Source of the DNA: Candidatus Saccharimonadota bacterium
Lineage (GTDB): Bacteria > Patescibacteriota > Saccharimonadia > Saccharimonadales > Saccharimonadaceae
Direction: 5' to 3'
DNA: 64,000 nt
Assembly: GCA_905372305.1 (NCBI GenBank)
Contig: CAJPOP010000002.1
Location: 74,898 to 138,897 of the forward strand
Shown piece by piece: positions 58,565 through 64,000 of the stretch. The notes below the pieces were generated by a model, which was not told the origin of the DNA, ran no database searches, and saw nothing but the letters and a program-made list of their open reading frames with translations. Within the stretch, counting starts at the first letter, position 1. Each line of letters starts with the position of its first letter. Position numbers and translations under genes: made by a program.

Positions 58565-59179
58565 ATGGATACAAGCCAAGACAATCAGCCTCCAGAAACT
58601 AAAGAATCTGCCGTATTTTACGAGAAATCGAAGGCTGATAGCTCTGGGTCGAAAAAATCTGACACCGACGCAAACGCAGATATAGCAGATATAAATAAGA
58701 CAGAGGATGATCTGAGTCTAAAAGAGCCGATTGCTTGGACAGCCCCAGAGGGTATCAAAGTCCACCGCGAGCTGTGGTGGTACGTCGCTTTCGGCGTTGT
58801 TCTTATCGGGCTCATGGCGCTGGCTATTTTAGTATTCAAAAGCCCGACCTTTGCCATTTTACTGCCAATTATGACGGTGGCGCTGTTTTTACTATCAGAA
58901 AAAACACCGCAAAACATCAATTACGCCATCAGTCCCAAGGGCGTTTACGTCGGCGATAAGCTGTACGACTTCAGCGAATTTAGGGCTTTTGGGATAACCC
59001 GTGAAAATAACCAGCATTCAGCAATTTTACTGCCAGTCAAGCGCTTTTCACCCGGACTAACGCTCTATTTTTCTGAAAAAGAGGGCGAGAAAATTGTCGA
59101 TATGCTAGGAGCGCGGCTGCCAATGCAGGAGATTAAGCCCGACGCCTTGGAAAAACTCATCCGTATGATAAAACTATAA
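58565..59179 (+). CDS. Hypothetical membrane protein (two TMs plus a small beta-rich domain)
   Basis: IAWTAPE, WWY, two TM helices and YAISPKGVYVGDKLYDFSEFRAF. Confidence 0.75.
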   Translation: MDTSQDNQPPETKESAVFYEKSKADSSGSKKSDTDANADIADINKTEDDLSLKEPIAWTAPEGIKVHRELWWYVAFGVVLIGLMALAILVFKSPTFAILLPIMTVALFLLSEKTPQNINYAISPKGVYVGDKLYDFSEFRAFGITRENNQHSAILLPVKRFSPGLTLYFSEKEGEKIVDMLGARLPMQEIKPDALEKLIRMIKL

Positions 59180-59287
59180 CTTGCCCCGCTAGTTTATATG
59201 TGGTAGAATACGAAAGTTCACCGTTTTTGGGCGGAGAAAGTACTTTATATTTTTGTTATAGCCAATCGGGTTTCCGAAAGGCTGTAT

Positions 59288-59364
59288 GCACCCGTAGCTC
59301 AGCTGGATAGAGCGCTGGCTTGCGGAGCCAGAGGTCGTAAGTTCGAATCTTGCCGGGTGTACCA
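59288..59364 (+). tRNA. tRNA-Arg(GCG)
   Basis: GCACCCG-TAGCTCAGCTGGATAGAGCG-CTGGC-TTGCGGA-GCCAG...GTTCGAATC...CGGGTGT-ACCA. Confidence 0.92.
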
Positions 59365-59376
59365 CATTAGCTTTAT

Positions 59377-59464
59377 GGAGAGATGCAGGAGTGGTTGAAC
59401 TGGCCGCTCTCGAAAAGCGGTATGGGGCAACTCATCGAGGGTTCGAATCCCTCTCTCTCCGCCA
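59377..59464 (+). tRNA. tRNA-Ser(CGA)
   Basis: CCGCT-CTCGAAA-AGCGG anticodon arm, long variable arm and CCA end. Confidence 0.95.
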
Positions 59465-59476
59465 CAACTACTTAAG

Positions 59477-59930
59477 ATGAAAATAACCATTCTAACAATT
59501 GGTAAAAAGAACGAACCCTGGATTCAACCAGGCGTTTTTCGTTTTTTAGAGCGTCTGAGACCGCCGTTTGCCGCAGAGATGGTATTTCTTACCACATTCA
59601 AGTTTTGAAAGCGACAGGGCGCGTCAGGAGGAGTCAGAGCGATTATTATCACGAATAAAAGACAGTGACTTTACAATTTTACTAGACGAACGCGGTAAAA
59701 ACCTTAGTTCGCCAGAATTATCTAACCTAATCTTACAGAACAGCACTAAGCATATCGTTTTCATTATCGGCGGCGCTTATGGCGTTAATGATGCAATGCG
59801 CCAGCGAGCCAATGTAACTTGGTCGCTATCAAACCTGGTATTCCCGCATCAACTAGTCCGCCTCATCCTGGCAGAACAGCTGTACCGCGCGCAGGAAATA
59901 GCCAAAGGCAGCCACTATCACCATCAGTGA
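59477..59930 (+). pseudogene. rlmH: 23S rRNA pseudouridine-1915 methyltransferase RlmH with a frameshift at about 59585
   Basis: MKITILTIGKKNEPWI... in one frame; LPHSS...LLDERGKNLSSPEL...FIIGGAYG...FPHQLVRLILAEQLYRA...YHH in another. Confidence 0.85.
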
Positions 59931-59931
59931 T

Positions 59932-60600
59932 TTATATATTGCCGTGCCTGGCAATAACCGCCGCCTGGACATTTTCAGCGCCCGCCTGTCTCAAGCAGTC
60001 AGCTGCCGCCGCTAAGGTTGAGCCTGTCGTAAAGATATCGTCGATTATTACATACAACTTCTTTTGATCAACCGGCTTAGACACCTCGAAGAACTCTTTA
60101 GCTTGCCGCTTTCTTTGGCGCGACGACCTGGCGGCGTGCTGAACAACGTTATTACGGCGGCGAAGCAGGGAAGAATAGCCAACATTCCGTTTCCTGGCCA
60201 AATCTTTGGCGATAAGCCGCATATGGTCGTAACCGCGGCGGCGCATATTCCTGGACGTCGTGGGAATCGGCACGATAACCACATCTGCCGGCAACTCCGG
60301 TAAAACAGAATCAAATAAATCTCCTAAAATACCCGCTGCCGCCTGAACGCGGCGAAATTTATAATCGTCAATAATCTTAGCAATTGACCCGCGGCGATAC
60401 CCAAAACACCACAGCATATCGTACGGCTGCTGGTGATTATCGCAAAGATTGCCCGTTTTTAGCAAATTACCGCATAAAATACATAGTTGAAACCGTTGCT
60501 TGATGATGTATTTTTTACAACTCTGACATAGGATAGATCCAGTCTTACCGCACTCGTAACAGCGGTGGGGAGCAATAATTGATAAGATCTGATCAAACAT
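59932..60600 (-). CDS. comF: ComF-family competence protein (zinc ribbon plus PRTase domain)
   Basis: CxxC clusters, VPIP, RRGYDH and IIDDIFTTGSTL. Confidence 0.9.
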   Translation of the reverse strand: MFDQILSIIAPHRCYECGKTGSILCQSCKKYIIKQRFQLCILCGNLLKTGNLCDNHQQPYDMLWCFGYRRGSIAKIIDDYKFRRVQAAAGILGDLFDSVLPELPADVVIVPIPTTSRNMRRRGYDHMRLIAKDLARKRNVGYSSLLRRRNNVVQHAARSSRQRKRQAKEFFEVSKPVDQKKLYVIIDDIFTTGSTLAAAADCLRQAGAENVQAAVIARHGNI

Positions 60601-60707
60601 CGTAATCTATACTTTTATAACCTCTAGTGTTGATTATACCGCATATAACAGCTATAATTGTAGTAGACTACTGTCATGAGCCTATTATATAAACAGTGGA
60701 GGAGATT

Positions 60708-61205
60708 ATGGCCCGCAAACAAGATGATAATCTATTACTGGACGATGAGCTGACGGCGGCGTTCTTAGGGAGCGACGACAGTTCAATACCAGAACCAGAG
60801 CCGGTGGATGGCGACAACACCGTTGCTACTGCAACAGCTACTGCAGCAACCGACGAGACTTGGGAAGATTCTGAAAATTTAATGGGACAACTGGCCGTCG
60901 ATGTGTTTGAAACAGAAAACGAGTTGGTTATTAAAGCCCGTACCGCCGGAGTTGACCGCAACGATTTGGATGTTAGTATTTCCGACGGGATTTTAACCAT
61001 CAGCGGCACATTATCAAGCGGCGACGAAGGCGATGTGCGCAATTGGCACATTCAGGAATGCTACTGGGGCGAGTTTAGCCGCACCTTACCGCTGCCAACC
61101 GCCGTCAATGAAGAAGGCGTTAAGGCAGAATTAAAAGACGGCGTACTGACAATCACCTTTGAAAAAATCAAGCAGGAAAGAGCTAAGAAGATTAAGGTTT
61201 TGTAA
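60708..61205 (+). CDS. Hsp20/alpha-crystallin small heat-shock protein
   Basis: GQLAVDVFET, ECYWGEFSRTLPLP and AELKDGVLTI; start at MARKQ after GGAGGAG. Confidence 0.93.
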   Translation: MARKQDDNLLLDDELTAAFLGSDDSSIPEPEPVDGDNTVATATATAATDETWEDSENLMGQLAVDVFETENELVIKARTAGVDRNDLDVSISDGILTISGTLSSGDEGDVRNWHIQECYWGEFSRTLPLPTAVNEEGVKAELKDGVLTITFEKIKQERAKKIKVL

Positions 61206-61280
61206 GACTCTATGTTGAGTTTTTAAATCTGTTTTGCACGGCAAAGTAGAAGTCAAAAACTAAACACACAATGCTTCATG

Positions 61281-61304
61281 AAAACCCCGGCATGCCGGGG
61301 TTTA
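61281..61304. terminator. Bidirectional terminator
   Basis: AAAACCCCGGC-AT-GCCGGGGTTT between convergent genes. Confidence 0.7.
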
Positions 61305-61326
61305 AAACGCTGACAAAAGCTTAAAG

Positions 61327-61701
61327 CTACGCTGTACCAATCTGCCCGATAACGAAGTTGACGATAGCATACGCCATAATAGAGATGATTAAACCAATCA
61401 CCGCATATATAATGGTGTTCTTCGCTGACGTCACTTTATTGCTATCGCCAGCCGAGGTCGTATATTTAATACCGCCCCAAACCATCATGATCACCGACAA
61501 AATACCGACAACCCACAGGATGATGTTAACGACGTTTTTTACTAACGAGTTAGCATCCCCCACGCCGTCTTTCATACCTTCACCCTTTGCAGCCTCAGTT
61601 CCGCCTGACAGATTATACTGAGCGCTAACCGCTGGCGAAGCAGCCAAAGCAACCATCGGCACCATCAGTAGTCCCGCCAGCAACACTTTTACTTTCTTCA
61701 T
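61327..61701 (-). CDS. VirB2/TrbC-like pilin
   Basis: Signal peptide; VNIILWVVGILSVIMMVWGGIKYTTSAGD...AKNTIIYAVIGL. Confidence 0.88.
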   Translation of the reverse strand: MKKVKVLLAGLLMVPMVALAASPAVSAQYNLSGGTEAAKGEGMKDGVGDANSLVKNVVNIILWVVGILSVIMMVWGGIKYTTSAGDSNKVTSAKNTIIYAVIGLIISIMAYAIVNFVIGQIGTA

Positions 61702-61816
61702 TCGCTTATTCTCCTTGTTTATTACTTGATGATTATTATTGTACTGTTTTATCCGATACATTGCAACATTTATCCTCTATTGTCCCGCCTTTACTATCTA
61801 CTCTCTTATACATAAA

Positions 61817-62362
61817 TTATTTGCTTAGTCCAGGCTTTAAATGGCCGCCGCCGGAACCAAAACCGCTGCCGGCAGACTTACTGCTTGGAGTGCTGGCACC
61901 AGAAGAAGAGCCGGCAACGGCACCGCTGCTAACACCAGAGCCACCTGGCGAGGAAGTGCCAGACAGAGAACCGCCAACCGCTTTACCGCCTGTCGATGTC
62001 ACCTCTGTTCGGACAAAGTTAACGATTGCGTACGCCATAATAGCAATAATTAAACCAACTACCGCATAAATCAGCGTACTTTTTGCAGAAGCCAACTTAC
62101 TGGTATCGCCAGCCGAAGTAATATACTTAAAACCGCTCCACACGATCATAGTTACCGACAGAATACCAACAACCCATAATAAAACATTTACAATTGAACC
62201 AACTGTACTGTTGACGCTTTTACCTTGCATCTCGCTGGTTGTCGCAGCATTTATGCCCGAAGATACTTGAGCAGAAGCATCAGACATTAATAGCGAGGCA
62301 GCAGCTAGGCTAGAAACGCCCAACAAGCCCGCAAACACTATCACAAACCCTATTTTTTTCAT
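61817..62362 (-). CDS. VirB2/TrbC-like pilin with Gly/Ser-rich C-terminal extension
   Basis: GFKYITSAGD...AKSTLIYAVVGL followed by a G/S-rich tail of about 60 aa. Confidence 0.85.
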   Translation of the reverse strand: MKKIGFVIVFAGLLGVSSLAAASLLMSDASAQVSSGINAATTSEMQGKSVNSTVGSIVNVLLWVVGILSVTMIVWSGFKYITSAGDTSKLASAKSTLIYAVVGLIIAIMAYAIVNFVRTEVTSTGGKAVGGSLSGTSSPGGSGVSSGAVAGSSSGASTPSSKSAGSGFGSGGGHLKPGLSK

Positions 62363-62385
62363 AATCTTATCCTTTCTTTTCTATT

Positions 62386-62757
62386 TTACCAAACACGCCC
62401 AAATGCCAAATTAACAATCGCTGACGCCAATAAAGAAACTATCAATCCAATCGCGGCATATAAAACTGTATTTCTGGCTTTAGTAACCCTTGAACTATCG
62501 CCATTCGACAGAGCAAATAGTATACCGCCAACAACTATCATAATAATCGATATGGCGCCAACCGCCATCAACAGAAGGTTTGTAACGTTGCCAATTGTTG
62601 ACTTGACCTTAGTTTCGCCCTCGCTCTTGTTTTGGCAGTACAACGAAGAGCCGTTACCGCCAGAACAGACATCAACCGCCGAGACTATCACTGGCGCTGC
62701 AAACGATGCACTAAGCATAAGCGCTGGGGCAACCAATATTTTTAACAACTGTTTCAT
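62386..62757 (-). CDS. VirB2/TrbC-like pilin
   Basis: GGILFALSNGD...ARNTVLYAAIGL; Cys pair in the variable N-region. Confidence 0.85.
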   Translation of the reverse strand: MKQLLKILVAPALMLSASFAAPVIVSAVDVCSGGNGSSLYCQNKSEGETKVKSTIGNVTNLLLMAVGAISIIMIVVGGILFALSNGDSSRVTKARNTVLYAAIGLIVSLLASAIVNLAFGRVW

Positions 62758-62772
62758 GCGCGATACTCCTTT

Positions 62773-63066
62773 CTACGCAAACCTTCCAATGATAAACTTT
62801 ACGATAACAAACGACGCAGCAACCATGACTAATCCAGCTACCGAATAAATTATTGCATCCTTTGCTTTGGCAGTCTTCGATGGCTCGCCGACCGACAGAG
62901 AATAGTTAATTCCAGCGACAACCACAATAATCACCGCCACCGCGCCAGCAATCATAAACACCAAATTAACAACTTTATTCAAAGCATTATTATCAGCAGG
63001 ATTACTCGGAACACCCAAGCTTGAAGCGTCGCCTAGTAGTCCGGCCAAAAAATGTAAAAAATTCAT
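62773..63066 (-). CDS. VirB2/TrbC-like pilin (short)
   Basis: AGINYSLSVGE...AKDAIIYSVAGL. Confidence 0.83.
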   Translation of the reverse strand: MNFLHFLAGLLGDASSLGVPSNPADNNALNKVVNLVFMIAGAVAVIIVVVAGINYSLSVGEPSKTAKAKDAIIYSVAGLVMVAASFVIVKFIIGRFA

Positions 63067-63067
63067 A

Positions 63068-63496
63068 TTACAGACCTATCGTTGATGATATTAAGTTAAC
63101 AATAGCAATCGACAATAGTGTAACTATCAAGCCGATAACTGCGCTTAAAATTGTTTTACGGGCATGTGCGGCTTTATCTGGCGAACCAATACTAGTCATC
63201 ATCAAGAAGCCGCCATACATAATATAACCGACCGTAATATAGCCGACAACCTGCAGCAAATCATCAATCACATTCAGCACGATTCTCCATAAAAACGCCG
63301 CCTGTTTATCTGTATCGCTGCCAGGACTTTTAATACTACACGACCCATCGGTTAGCCCATCGTACCACGGCTTAAATGTCAAAATCCTACCTTTGTCAGA
63401 ACAGGAATCAGCAAAAGCTTGATTGCCGGAAAAAATTACAGTGGAACTGAAAGCTCCAAATACAATTAATGAAACAGCTAAGATGATTTTTTTCAT
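63068..63496 (-). CDS. VirB2/TrbC-like pilin
   Basis: PWYDGL motif with a Cys pair; YGGFLMMTSIGSP...ARKTILSAVIGL. Confidence 0.85.
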   Translation of the reverse strand: MKKIILAVSLIVFGAFSSTVIFSGNQAFADSCSDKGRILTFKPWYDGLTDGSCSIKSPGSDTDKQAAFLWRIVLNVIDDLLQVVGYITVGYIMYGGFLMMTSIGSPDKAAHARKTILSAVIGLIVTLLSIAIVNLISSTIGL

Positions 63497-63873
63497 CAGA
63501 ATATCCCTCCCGGAACGAAAAAGTTTGTAATCGCCACCATAAACGCGAAAAGCAGTAGTCCAATGATAGTATTAATCCAAACCGTTCGAGCCTTGGAAAG
63601 CTTATCAGGACTACCCTCGGAAGTAGTATATAAAATAGCGCCAAATATCACCGCGCCAACCGCCAAAACTCCAACGCCAGCAGTCATAATCTTTACAACC
63701 ATTTTCACAATCTCGATAATAGCAGCCTGTCCAGTAGCACCGCCGCAGGCAATAACCGACGTCTTAGCCCCGGCGCACTCAGTCTCAGCGAATACTTGGC
63801 CGGTACTTAGTATAGGACCGCAGACAACCGCAGCGAGGAAAGCGATAGCAATGATGGTATTTCTTTTTATCAT
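63496..63873 (-). CDS. VirB2/TrbC-like pilin
   Basis: CAGAKTSVIAC; GAILYTTSEGSP...ARTVWINTIIGL. Start reassigned to MIKRN (63873). Confidence 0.85.
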   Translation of the reverse strand: MIKRNTIIAIAFLAAVVCGPILSTGQVFAETECAGAKTSVIACGGATGQAAIIEIVKMVVKIMTAGVGVLAVGAVIFGAILYTTSEGSPDKLSKARTVWINTIIGLLLFAFMVAITNFFVPGGIF

Positions 63874-64000
63874 AAACAGTTCTCTGGTTAAAATTGTAAA
63901 ATAGCCGGGGAAAAAATGCAAATAGTTTCTTGAAAAGAGCAGGGATGTTTGCTATTATGACTACTGTCAGATGCGCTCGTAGTGAAGTTGGCCTATCACG

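Noticed and set aside
59210..59287. Possible ncRNA upstream of tRNA-Arg
   Set aside because: Only short stems are present, compatible with an ordinary pre-tRNA leader; not enough support.
1..64000. CRISPR array, prophage or rRNA
   Set aside because: No regularly spaced repeats, cas genes, phage structural or integrase genes, or rRNA-like sequence were seen.

Overview
Gene-dense bacterial chromosome segment in genetic code 11. Gene content and style fit Patescibacteria/CPR, most likely Candidatus Saccharibacteria (TM7): arrays of VirB2-like pilins, a type IV pilin, sortase, FemAB, and many Pro-rich single-pass membrane proteins. This assignment is inferred from content, not from a search. Most genes are housekeeping (rnj, pnp, rpsO, truB, rpsT, holA, mutM, polA, rpoD, dnaG, orn, pyrH, mscL, argS, pyrG, nrdAB, folC, groESL, murE/F, tsaD, valS, rlmH, comF, Hsp20). 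There are five tRNAs (all four Ser isoacceptors plus Arg-GCG), a decayed IS481-like element and two frameshifted genes. The main candidate for an undescribed system is the ribonucleotide reductase locus. NrdA lacks its C-terminal redox Cys pair, and a 57-aa ORF missing from the ORF track (34606-34779, ending DPASLTICDGCE) looks like that tail as a separate protein, with its own tandem NrdR-like boxes. NrdB carries class Ic (Mn/Fe) signatures, and a flavin split-barrel gene sits in the operon. Other notable items: a 163-bp palindromic element inserted in-frame in tsaD, widespread leaderless extended -10 promoters, structured pnp and valS leaders, a type-I-toxin-like small gene with structured UTRs, and a divergent PlsC-like acyltransferase.
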